64,000 bases of DNA from Podarcis vaucheri (Eukaryota). The notes beneath the pieces were generated by a model, which had not been told where the DNA came from, searched no databases, and saw only the letters and a program-made list of their open reading frames with translations. Each line of letters opens with the position of its first letter. Within the stretch, counting starts at the first letter, position 1. Location of the stretch: the NCBI GenBank assembly GCA_965113315.1, contig OZ220363.1. One strand, 5' to 3'. Both the position numbers and the translations under genes were made by a program. Positions 1 to 10,848 of the stretch are shown one piece after another.

Positions 1-295
1 GCGGGCTGACAAAGACCAGCACTGCAGAGTGGATGATTAGATGTGTTTCTGTTGAAGGATACTTTGAAAACCTGCGTGAAAAATAATTATTACTGAAAAC
101 TGTAGTGCTTAGGCCAAGTCATGGAGAATAGCATGTTACTTTTTATGCACACCCTCTTTAACACATCTGCATGTGCTCCAGGATAACAATTTTTTAATTA
201 GAGGAATGATATGGAAATAAACAAAAGTTGTCCCAAGAATTCATTGTTACTCTGTCTATGGAAGGGGAAGTTAACATGGACCCCTACAGCTCCCA

Positions 296-375
296 GGAGA
301 CAGGAGTGCCTGGCGTGCTCTGGTCCATGGGGTCACGAAAAGTCGGACACGACTAAACGACTAAACAACAACAAC
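296..375 (+). mobile_element. Bov-B (RTE) LINE 3' tail, extremely 5'-truncated
   Basis: Matches the 3' end of the Bov-B copy at 11330-11795 (GTGCCTGGCGTGCTCTGGTCCATGGGGTCAC...GACTAAACGACTAAACAACAAC). Flanked by a 10-bp TSD ACAGCTCCCA (286-295 and 376-385). Confidence 0.9.
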
Positions 376-603
376 ACAGCTCCCATAAGCCTTGCCAGCA
401 TGTGGTCAAAGATAATGGGCATTGTTGTCAATAACAATAACATTTGGAGGGCACCTCATTGGCTATACCTGGTCTAGAAGATGCTTGGTGCAGCTAGCAG
501 AGCCCAGCAGCTAGAAAGTTAATTCTTTGCAAGTTTGTTCAGAAGTTAATGTTGTATTTTACATTGTTGTAACCCACCTTGGGACCTTGGAGTACAAGGC
601 ACG

Positions 604-604
<1 letters not shown>

Positions 605-638
<34 letters not shown>

Positions 639-652
639 TACACACACACATA
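605..652. repeat. (CA)n microsatellite, imperfect
   Basis: Directly visible CA run with CATA interruptions. Confidence 0.95.
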
Positions 653-2124
653 CATAGATTCAGTGTATTCAATAGGTTTACTTCCTAGGAAGAGTATTGA
701 AGACTGTGATCTAACAGCACAGTCATATATACTGTACATTTACTCAGAAATAACTCCTGCTGTGTTAAATGGAACTCACTACCCAAGCAATTACCGTATA
801 ATTTAGGATTGCAGCCTAAGTTACTTATGTGCAAAGGACCCCAGTTGAAACCTGGACTCTTAGAAATTTACTAGATAGCCTGCGGCAGCATTTTCTCTCA
901 CCTGCAGCCACTCACCTCTAGTAGTCATATCATTGAATGGAAGAGGATACAGCTTGCCTCTAGTGCACATGTTCATAAATTATTAATTATTATTATTTAT
1001 TAAATTTGCATACTCAGCCCATACCTCCTGGTCTCAGGGATGTTCGCAACATAAAATCACACCACCAGAGCCAATCCAGTATTTCCACCAGTGTGCCCAA
1101 ACTGTTTCAAAATCACCACCTTTCCCTAACCATCCTGGTATGTGGCAATGACACTGCTACCAGGAGGTCAGCTCCACACCACCAGGCCACTTCTAATGGA
1201 CATTTGTTTTCCCTATCTTCAATCCAAGTAACCTATTTTACTTTCAAATCTGTGGAGGAAAGCCCATTGCATACATGTGTTTAACATACAATAAGCAGAA
1301 CAGCGCTTCCAACAGCATGAACTGGTCTCGGGCAGTGGTCTTTAATATAACAATAGGAATCTTACATTTATGGTCCTGTTTTCTCCTATGAAATGATGGA
1401 GACTCTGGCCAGCCCAATACATTTTGCTACTAGAGTTGAAGAACAAGATGGCACCTCCCCTCATTCCATGTTCGGAGGTCAACCAGAGTGGCAGATGAAT
1501 CTTACTAGATGTAATCTCCCAGTACATCTGAGGGCAGCAGGCTAGCTTAATGGACAGAGACCTTTGTGGAAGGTATTGGTGGCTAGGATAACTCTGTGGG
1601 AGCTCATGAGAAGCAGCTCTTTCCACACTGACTCACTGCATGGTCTCAGGCAAGTTAATTCTCCATCTGCAAAGCAAGGATTATAATACAATCATAGTGG
1701 GTGTTGTAAAATTTAATTGTGTCTGTGAAATACTTTGAAATCAGTCCAAAGCTAAAGGTGAACTCAAGTCTTTCTATGAAACATTAACATTATTGTTTAA
1801 GACTCTGAGGAAGAAGAACCACTCCTGAAAGTTCTATCTAGCAAAGGAGAGGGAGAGGGGAGGGGCTGCTTTCTGTCAACATTTCCCCACCAGGAAGGAT
1901 CAGGCATTACTTTTAGAACCACAATACCATTTATCAACTGCAAGCCCTCAACGTTATCCTATCTTTTCACAAGAAGTCATATATTTCACCTTTTCTCTAT
2001 TATCTTCCTGAAACACCTGTCTTATCGGGATCCTCAATCACAGGGAGAGTTTTTGCAAGCGCACACCTACAGAACCTTTTCGCACCTTGTACCGAACACA
2101 GAGGGGTTCAAAGTGCAGCCCATG

Positions 2125-3330
2125 TAATAATAATAATAATAATAATAATAAATTTTATTTATATCCCGCCCTCCCCAGCCGAAGCCGGGCTCAGGGCGGC
2201 TAACACTAAAATAGTGCAACATTATAAAAACATCATAAGAATTAATTAAAATCAGAATTGATGGCAACCATAAACTAAAGTATTGTAAAGATTGCCAAAG
2301 GAGGGAGTCAGGCTGTGCCCTAACCAAAGGCCTGGTGGAACAGCTCTGTCTTGCAGGCCCTGCGGAAAGATGTCAAGTCCTGCAGGGCCCTTGTCTCTTG
2401 TGACAGAGCATTCCACCAGGTTGGAGCCGCAGCCGAAAAAGCCCTGGCTCTAGTTGAGGCCAGCCTAACCTCCCTGAGGCCTGGGACCTTCAAGATGTTT
2501 TTATTTGAGGACCGTAAGTTCCTCTGTGGGGCATACCAGGAGAGGCGGTCCCGTAGATACGAGGGTCCTAGGCCGTATAGGGCTTTGAAGGTTAAAACCA
2601 GCACCTTAAACCTGATCCTGTACTCCACCGGGAGCCAGTGCAGCTGGTATAGCACCGGATGAATGTGATCTCGCAGCGAGGACCCCGTAAGGAGTCTCGC
2701 TGCGGCATTCTGCACCCGCTGGAGTTTCTGGGTCAGTCTCAAGGGCAGCCCCACGTAGAGCGAGTTACAATAATCCAGTCTGGAGGTGACCGTCGCATGG
2801 ATCACAGTGGCTAGGTCAGGGCGAGAGAGGTAAGGGGCCAACTGCTTAGCTTGGCGGAGATGAAAAAATGCCGCCTTTGTTATAGCTGTAATCTGCGCCT
2901 CCATAGAGAGGGAGGTATCGAAGATTACACCCAAACTCTTGACGGACGGTGCTGGCACTAATTGCACCCCCGCAAGAGATGGGAGTTGCCCCCTCAATCC
3001 CATATCGTCCCGTCCCAGCCAGAGGACCTCTGTCTTCGAAGGATTTAACTTCAACCGGCTCCCACGTAACCATCCAGCCACAGCTTCCAAGCATCTGATC
3101 AGTGTGTCTGGGGCCGAGTCAGGATGGCCATCCATCAACAGATAGAGTTGGGTGTCATCAGCATACTGATGGCAGCCCAGCCCAAAACTCCGGACAAGCT
3201 GGGCGAGGGGGCGCATAAAGATGTTAAAAAGCATCGGGGAGAGAATCGCACCCTGAGGCACTCCACACACCAAGGAGTGGCGGGATGACAGTTCCCCCCC
3301 AAGCGCCACCCTCTGTCCCCGACCAGACTG
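2125..3330 (-). mobile_element. L2-clade LINE, 5'-truncated, young
   Basis: Minus-strand RT frame, 3' UTR ending in the stem-loop GCCGCCCTGAGCCCGGCTTCGGCTGGGGAGGGCGG, and a (TTA)n tail at 2125-2150. Confidence 0.92.
2320..3327 (-). pseudogene. L2 ORF2 fragment: reverse transcriptase C-terminal half and C-terminal domain, uninterrupted
   Basis: Motifs GVPQGAILSPMLFN, HQYADDTQLY, SRLDYCNSL and LHWLPV..RI.FK are typical of L2 ORF2. The annotated ATG at 3357 lies in flanking DNA. Confidence 0.9.
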
Positions 3331-5440
3331 GGGACATTGCAGGCAAGGCTTGTGCATGAGCCCCTCAACAGTTTAACACCTCACATGCTGAAGTGAATGC
3401 CTGAACACAGCTTCAGTGGCTGAAACCAGAAAGGGATACTCAGTTGCACACAATATTTAAGCAAATGGAACTCCTGGTTTTTCCTCTGGCTTTATCTGCA
3501 CATTTAGGAACTTTTGGCTATGAAAGCAACACAGGAGCAGGAACGGGAACTTGGTGTGTGCCCCAAAATGGCATCCACACACAGGGTGCATACACTCCGA
3601 AGAAGGGCATAGCTACCAAGATATCATACGCTGGGTTAAAATTTGCCTTGCAGCACTCCGTATTTTCCTTCATGTTTCTAAAGGAAGATGAAGAAAATAA
3701 AAGCCTATTAAAATGATTCATTCACCTGTCTCACATATGCAATTCTTTGCTCCTTTTCCTCCTTGTACAAATCTTACTGGCAAGAGGCATGTCTGTGTCT
3801 TAGCAGCAGAGGAATAAAGCAAGCTTGTACAAATTTAAATAATTAGCCAGCAATCAACCCAAAATTGCATATGACTTTTATATTTTTAGGATCAAAATGT
3901 TAGCTCAGAAGGGATAATAAGGATTGCAGTGGCCTCCATAGATGGTTTCGTTTGGTGTTTTTTAGCTGTCATTTCTGAGCCTTGCTTTAAAACGTTCTAC
4001 AAAAACAAGTTCATCCATCAGTCAAATTGATATCAAGCATTCAGACTCAAAGATGGGCAAGTTCTTTGGATTGTCAAAAAAAAAGCCAAAAAAATCTAAT
4101 ATTACTGGTCAGATGGTTGCAAAGGAAGAATGTGGTGGCTGCATGATGAGTCCTGGTTTCTCATACAGTAAAATGCGGAAGAACTAGACGCTTCATATTC
4201 TGCAGCACTAGAACAGCAGTGGGGAATCCTCTGGCCCATAGGCCACTCTTGGCCTGCCAGCAGCGTCCAATTTGTCCCACAAGGCTATTTCCCCAAAAAG
4301 TACATCCGCCTGTCAATCAGTTGGTGTCACTTGTGATAGGCAGGAGTGCTGGCTTCTCAGCACCAGACAATTCAAAGAGTAGGTTAGCAAGGGGCAATAT
4401 ATTTTGAGAAGTAATGTGTTACATTTTTTAAGCTAAAATGCAAGGAAGCAGAACAGGTCAGCCCAGCAGAGAATGAACCCCATGGGCCTGTATCCTGCAA
4501 ACTGTTTCCGTTATTATTTAACCTTGGGGTTTAAATCATGGCTCTTTAGAATGTACTCCACTTCACTGTTCTTGGGTTTCATTTATTTATATCAATGACA
4601 GGGAATTTCGGGATGATTTGTATTTTGAATGCATGCAAAACCACAGTTGAAACAAATACACTTTATATGTTGAGCAGTACCCAAGCTCAGGCAGAGAGTT
4701 CATCAGTCTTCTTCACTCTTGTATGTTACAGGGATTGCCTCATTTTTGTATACAAATCAGCTCTTAATGAAGATCTCCTGAAATGGCTAATGGACTAGCT
4801 ACCAAATGAATTACCTTGCAGGTTCTTGGACTTTCTTTCAAGAATCTTTGAAGATTCCGATCACTTTACCCTATTATCTTATTCACATGTTTTATACAAT
4901 ATAATTGCATGGGGAAAAACCCATTTGTACATTATATATTTTTGACACTGTTCATGCCCGCTGTTTCCTAACTTTACCCCTCCTGTCTCTTGGCCTGTTT
5001 ACCACTACCCCACCACTGAAGAACAGGATAAATAAAAACAATGCTTTAAATAAATAAATTGTTATTTGTGAATGTTTAACCACAGCCCAAAACATTGAGT
5101 TTAAGAAGGTGAAGCTTGTCTGGTGTCCTTTCTCTCCTTGAGTCTGCTCAACTCTACTATTAAAGGCACAGAAGCAGAGGTAGTATTATAAAACAAAAAT
5201 TAAAGATGACTGCACAGCTGGGACTGTATACACCATCCCTCCCATTCTCTTCAAATGCTGATGTCCATCATACAACCAGTGCAAATAGCAATAGGCACAG
5301 CCTGTAGAAGTGGCAAGTCAAGTAAGAGATAGCACCACTCAAATGCTCACTAGTGTATATAATCCCTGCATAACTTGGTGTGGGTAGGCAGGCAGGCAGC
5401 ACTGGAGCATGAGAGAAGAAGGGAGAAGTGCACACTACCC

Positions 5441-5694
5441 CAGAGGTAGCCAACATGGTATTCCAGAGGTTTCCAAACTGTGTGTCGCAACACATTAGTG
5501 TGTTGGCTGCAGCATGTATGTGTGCTGCACGAAAGCTCTTATAAGGGGCTAGTTTAACCTCTGGTTTGCAAGTGTCACCAACCTGAAACGTTTGGAAAGC
5601 CCTGTGGTATCCTCTTGATGTTGTTGGGCTCCAACTCCCATCAGCCTCAACGGAATGGCTAACAGCTAGGAAAGGTGAGAGTTGGTTACCCCTG
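5441..5694. mobile_element. Degenerate hAT-type MITE interrupted by a second element
   Basis: Ends CAGAGGTAGCCAAC / GTTGGTTACCCCTG are inverted. The internal GATGTTGTTGGGCTCCAACTCCCATCAGCC resembles the hairpin MITE family seen elsewhere in the window. Confidence 0.6.
5464..5604. mobile_element. Non-autonomous hAT element nested in the MITE
   Basis: TIRs CAGAGGTTTCCAAAC / GTTTGGAAAGCCCTG and an 8-bp TSD TGGTATTC / TGGTATCC. Confidence 0.7.
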
Positions 5695-5799
5695 CTCTGT
5701 GCCACAGCCAGGCCAATAGCCTGTTCCACAGTTGTCAGAAGAGCCATAAGAATCCCACTGCTTTTACCTCTTGCGGCAACTATGCTGGAGGTCAGCTAA

Positions 5800-5970
5800 G
5801 TAACATACTTGAATGTATGAAGAGCCCTGCTGCATCAATCCAGAAGCTCATCTAGTCTAGTGCTCAGTTTTTGCAGTAGCCAAGCAGATGCCTGTAGGAA
5901 ATTTGGAAGCAGAACTTGACTGCAGAAGCAATCCACTGCCAGTGATTCCTACCAACTGGTATTAGAACAT
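5800..5970 (-). mobile_element. Old CR1-type 3' end remnant
   Basis: Reverse complement resembles the CR1 3' UTR at 56520-56657. Confidence 0.45.
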
Positions 5971-8359
5971 TGGACCGCATGACCCGTTCCCCACCCCACC
6001 AATTGCCAAGAAAAGACATCCTACTAACAAGTTATTTATGACTTACTTCAACGGCAGTCTCTTGTAAAATGAAAAAAGGCACTTTGATACTCTGTGTTGT
6101 TAAGAGTTTGGACTTTTTTTTCCTGTGTGACTTCAATATCCCCACTTTGCACTTCTGCCTTCATGATGTGTGGTTATCAAGATAGAACCACAATACCAAT
6201 AGCCCAGAAAAAGAAAATTAGCTGCTTCCCCTTTCTAAAAGCCATGTTTGACTGTAATTACTTTTATACTTGCTTGGGAAATCAGGCACCATTCTCAGGA
6301 GGTTTTAGAAAGTGGGGGAGGGGGAGAGGGGAGGAGAGAGTAGGGGGGGAATTGAGAGGAAAGGTAAATTGGATAAATCCAATTAAAAGTTCCTGTGGTC
6401 CTTGCCCAAACTTTTTCCCTCCGCCAAGACACAGAGTATAGTGGAGAGCATGTTTAATTTTTAAAAATGTATCACTCCTCTAGTCCAAACATTTCTGACA
6501 TTAGTCTAAAAGCCCAGCTATCAGTCATCAGAGAAAGCTTTGATCTTGAGATGCCAGCAGAAAAAGTGAAAGCCTTCCAGACAGAACTCTGGAAGGTGGG
6601 GTAGCACAAAAGAAGCTAAGGATTAGTTACAATAAAGCTGCACTGCTCATGTTACATTCAGACATGGAAAATGCAATGCATTGGCAGGGAGGAAGTTACA
6701 GCATCAAAGACACTGCAGTTTCCCTTCAAAAGGAGCTGCATCCTACTGGTTGCCACCCACTTTGAGAAGGCATGGAGTGGGGGAAACATGTGCTATCTCC
6801 GCTGCTCCCTTGCTAACCTTTGTGCATTTAGCACAGAAGTCTCGGGGATTCAGGAGAATGTGCTTATGTGCTTAGAATCCTCCTCAGTCAAGGTTCCCTG
6901 TTTCAGAAAGTGTTCTAAACGCAGAGATCAGAAGTGGAACAGGCAAGGACATGGGTGTTGGGAGACAGCGCTGGCATGTATTATTTGAATCACAGTAGAT
7001 CTAGCATACAGCCAAAAATTGCCAGTGGATTTATTCTCAGTGGGAAGCTGAAACCCCTTTCTTGCCTTTTATCTTATTTTTAAAAAACACTTTTAAAAGT
7101 GCTTCTGAAAGGACACCAACACACAGTTTAGGAGAAATGGTGGCAGCCTTCAGAGTTCTGCTGCTGTGCCCATGTCACTAAACCTGATGGCAAAACATGT
7201 TTTAAAAGAAATAGAAAAAGAATTGAACGAAAAAGGAAATGCAAGGCTGCAACTCCATCTTCCCAGCTGCAAAGGCAAATGTCCCCTTCTCAGGGCCGGA
7301 CTAGCGGTTAGGCAGGGTGAAACTGCTGCCTCAGGTACCACCCCTGCAGGCATCCCACCACCTGCACTGACACCGATTTCCAGCGAGATCTAACCGAAAT
7401 CACATGACATATTGCACAGCGCGCAAGAATTCACCAGAAAGTGGTGCTGATTCTGGTGTCACAGAGGAAACACTGGGATGACACTTGGAGGGTAGCACTT
7501 CCCATTTTGCCTCAAGCAACAAAACAAGATGCATCAACCCTGCCCCCCCCACTTCCCTCCAAAAACATTTCAGGCATCAAACTGGAACTCTCAAATTGGG
7601 ACCCAGAAGGCTGACACCAATTCCCCAACTTCAAGTGAATAATTTGGGGGTGGAGGACTGGCTACCTTGACACAAGCCCTAGAACTTGCAGATTTAGTAC
7701 AAAAAAAACCAGAATTGTGGCTTAAAAGATGCAAAAGTGCTACAAAACGGGAGGCAGATTTGCGCACCCTTAGATAGCAAAACACGCTTGTTGAAAAAAG
7801 GGAATCACTGTCTTGAGCAGTGTCCACATTATTCCTGCCCATCTCAATAGCCCACATTCCCTCTCCTCACAACCTTTTATTCCTCCTTTACTTTTCCCTT
7901 CTGTATTCCTCTTTAATCAAGATTCCTTCCTAATCAAAACAAATACAAGGAAGCAATTAACATCTTAAAGGAAACAGATGGTGAAATGGCACAACTTGTT
8001 TATTGCGTGAAGACCTAACGTGTTATCTCCTCTACATTCCTATGCTTTAATTAAGCACAGCCATAGGTAGATTCAATGTGCTCTGGAGTGGGCTCATCAA
8101 ATTATTGTTTCTGAAAAGCTGGATGTTATAGGAGGCAGAAGAAGAAAGAAAGAGTCAAGCCCCGATATCCAAAACATAGGCTAGGAAGAGCAAATCCCTG
8201 TGCAAGAGGGATGACAGAACAAGATATTCATGGGAAATCTTAAAAAGGAAGACACTGAAGGATCAAAGGGTCCATGTTAGAAAAACGGACAGAACTGCCA
8301 GCCCTTCACCTTTTAATCTCATTTTACCCATTATGAAAAATACACTTTATCCCACACTT

Positions 8360-8560
8360 GGGGAAGGACATAGCTCTGTAGCAGAGCATCTGCTTGCACA
8401 CAGAAGGTCCCAGATTACAGGTTCAACCTTCAACATCTCCAAGTGGGGCTGGGAAAGACCCCTGCCTGAAACCTGTAGAGCTGCTATCAGTCAGAGTAGA
8501 CAATGCCAAGTTAGATGGACCAATGGTCTGACTAAATATAAAGCATTTCCCTATGTTCCT
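8360..8560 (+). mobile_element. tRNA(Ala)-like-headed squamate SINE (Squam-type)
   Basis: A-box-like TAGCTCTGTAGCAGAGC, B-box-like GGTTCAACC, and body ...CCTGCCTGAAACC...AGATGGACCAATGGTCTGACT...ATGTTCCT. Related copies at 60918 and 61391. Confidence 0.7.
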
Positions 8561-8798
8561 TTAACCACGTTTGAAAGGCCCATGTATTGTTTCTCGACGC
8601 TTAAAGATAAGGACACCCTACAAGCCTATTTCATTATTCATCCTGTATGCCCAATGGAAGAGTCAATGTTAATGATGACCACTTAAGAGTGCAAGAGTCA
8701 AATAATGCTATACCTATCCCTCCCTCTGCAGCTCAGTTTCCTTGCAAAGACACAGAACTCATCTACGAATGCCACGAAAGTTATATAGCACAGAATGC

Positions 8799-8800
<2 letters not shown>

Positions 8801-8842
<42 letters not shown>
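8801..8842. repeat. (AT)n microsatellite, left flank of the Penelope-like element
   Basis: Pure AT run. Confidence 0.97.
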
Positions 8843-8845
<3 letters not shown>

Positions 8846-9190
8846 GGTTTTGGTGTCTTCGGGTGTCTTCCCGTGTAAGAGTCGGGGTGTCTGTGCGACG
8901 TTTCGACGAGGTCTCACTCGTCATCTTCAGGCTGGTGCTTTCGGCTTCTTGTTACTGGAACAGAGCAGAGTCTGGTGTTTGAGTTCCTATAAATACTGTT
9001 GAGGGGTGTGGTGTATAGCCTCCAACGTTCTGGGTAGAGAGGAAGTTCCTAGATTAGTGTGCCTTTTCTTCTTTTGTTCCTTAATTACTTGAGGGATATC
9101 TTGGGTGATTTCATGAGTGATATTCTGAATATCACTGGGTGGGTCATTAATTACTTGAGGGATATCTTGGGTGATTTCATGAGTGATATT
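8841..9190 (-). repeat. Left (inverted) pseudo-LTR, 350 bp
   Basis: Position x pairs with 19611-x; no mismatch noticed by eye. Confidence 0.93.
8895..8932 (-). ncRNA. Minimal type I hammerhead ribozyme-like motif (left pLTR copy)
   Basis: Reverse complement of the motif at 10679-10716. Confidence 0.7.
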
Positions 9191-9216
9191 GGGTGATTTC
9201 ATGAGTGATATTCCCG

Positions 9217-10380
9217 TGGCCACACGGGAAAGAAAAACTAGATAGCTTCCTCACACATCTCAACAGCCTACACCCCAAAATACAATTCACTATGGAAATA
9301 GAAGACAACAACCAACTCCCCTTTCTTGACGTCCTAATCTACAAAAAACCTGATGGCTCCCTAGGACACACTATCTACCGGAAAAAAACACACACCAACC
9401 GCTACTTACATGCACAATCACACCACCACCCTGCACAAATAAACTCCGTAGCCAAGACTCTCATCTCCAGAACCAAACGCCTGGCTGACAAAGACCACTT
9501 GACAACTGAGTTACAGAATCTCTCAAATGTGTTAATCGCCAATGGATACCAGAAAAACAGGGTTACGAAGCTAATCCAAAAAGAAACACCCCCCAAAAAC
9601 CAAGACACAGAAGAATACAATGGCATGGCCCTCCTTCCTTATATCAAGGGCACTACAGACAAAATCAGCAAAATCCTCCATAAACACAATATCAAAACAG
9701 CCTTCTGCACCAACCAAAAAATAGCCAATATCCTCAGAAACCCAAAAGACAAAATCCAGCTGGAAAACCAAGGGGTCTATGAAATACCCTGCAAAGTCTG
9801 CCCAGCCACGTACATTGGACAAACAAACAGACGAATAAATGCACGTATCGCAGAACACAAAAATGCCGTCAAAAAAGAAGAAAAAACTTCCTCTCTTTTC
9901 CAACACATGAAAGAAACAGGACACGAAATTAATTTTGCAGATTCCAAATTGCTCTTTAACATGGAACATCACCACAAGAGAATAATCATGGAAGCCATCG
10001 AGATAGAGAAACACCCTCACAACATGAACAAGCGTGACGACACGTCCCGCCTGCCAGACATCTGGAAATTAGCCCTCCCCACAAAAACCGACACCAGAAC
10101 CAGAGGCACACAGAACGCCGTCACCAATCAACCACACCAGACCCAAACCCAGACCCTCTCCACAGACATATTACAGACTCCATCCAGCAACCAAACTATA
10201 GTGGCACCTCCGGATGCTGCACCCCCCTGCAATCCCTACACAGATCTGGCTGGCACAAGGCACAAAACCATAGCTCGCCCCTATACACGAAGCCAAGCCA
10301 GAGCACAACTAAATGCAGCACAGCCATCTTCTCAGAAAAACTCTTCACAAGCTCAAGAGGTCAAGACACGAGAGCTTTAG
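9217..10380 (+). pseudogene. PLE polyprotein fragment: RT palm end/thumb, linker, GIY-YIG endonuclease and ~100-aa low-complexity tail
   Basis: IQFTMEIE..NQLPFLDVLI, YRKKTHTNRYLH..SHH, GVYEIPCKVC..TYIGQT.R....RIAEH, and EAIEI. Frame is open to the stop at 10380. The catalytic DD motif is lost just upstream by truncation. Confidence 0.92.
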
Positions 10381-10394
10381 CAACTAATCTACAC

Positions 10395-10530
10395 TTAATG
10401 ACCCACCCAGTGATATTCAGAATATCACTCATGAAATCACCCAAGATATCCCTCAAGTAATTAATGACCCACCCAGTGATATTCAGAATATCACTCATGA
10501 AATCACCCAAGATATCCCTCAAGTAATTAA
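10395..10530 (+). repeat. 66-bp tandem duplication within the PLE 3' UTR/pLTR
   Basis: Identical units start at 10395 and 10461; each contains the hairpin AGTGATATT-CAG-AATATCACT. Confidence 0.92.
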
Positions 10531-10770
10531 GGAACAAAAGAAGAAAAGGCACACTAATCTAGGAACTTCCTCTCTACCCAGAACGTTGGAGGCTATACAC
10601 CACACCCCTCAACAGTATTTATAGGAACTCAAACACCAGACTCTGCTCTGTTCCAGTAACAAGAAGCCGAAAGCACCAGCCTGAAGATGACGAGTGAGAC
10701 CTCGTCGAAACGTCGCACAGACACCCCGACTCTTACACGGGAAGACACCCGAAGACACCAAAACCTGCAT
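10421..10770 (+). repeat. Right pseudo-LTR portion matching the left inverted arm
   Basis: Reverse complement of 8841-9190; contains TATTTATA (10616-10623) upstream of the hammerhead motif. Confidence 0.93.
10679..10716 (+). ncRNA. Minimal type I hammerhead ribozyme-like motif (right pLTR copy)
   Basis: Core CTGAAGA (10681-87), stem II GACGAG/CTCGTC with loop TGAGAC, GAAA (10707-10), palindromic ACGT stem III and a GTC cleavage triplet ending at 10714. Stem I is only 2 bp (GC/GC), and there is an extra T after the core. Confidence 0.7.
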
Positions 10771-10796
10771 TCCTGTACCCGTGAAAATCTACGAAA

Positions 10797-10798
<2 letters not shown>

Positions 10799-10844
<46 letters not shown>
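10799..10844. repeat. (AT)n microsatellite, right flank of the Penelope-like element
   Basis: Pure AT run. Confidence 0.97.

Positions 10845-10848
<4 letters not shown>

Larger units (their letters stand above)
8841..10798 (+). mobile_element. Penelope-like retroelement (EN+, C-terminal GIY-YIG; Penelope/Poseidon-type), 5'-truncated, with an inverted 5' pseudo-LTR
   Basis: RT C-terminus plus GIY-YIG ORF. 8841-9190 is the reverse complement of 10421-10770. A 28-nt 3' extension (10771-10798) is present only on the right. Hammerhead motifs in both repeats; (AT)n on both sides. Confidence 0.93.

Noticed and set aside
8841-10770. DNA transposon or DIRS interpretation of the long inverted repeats
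   Set aside because: The ORF is RT plus GIY-YIG, not a transposase or tyrosine recombinase; the asymmetric tail and hammerheads fit a PLE.
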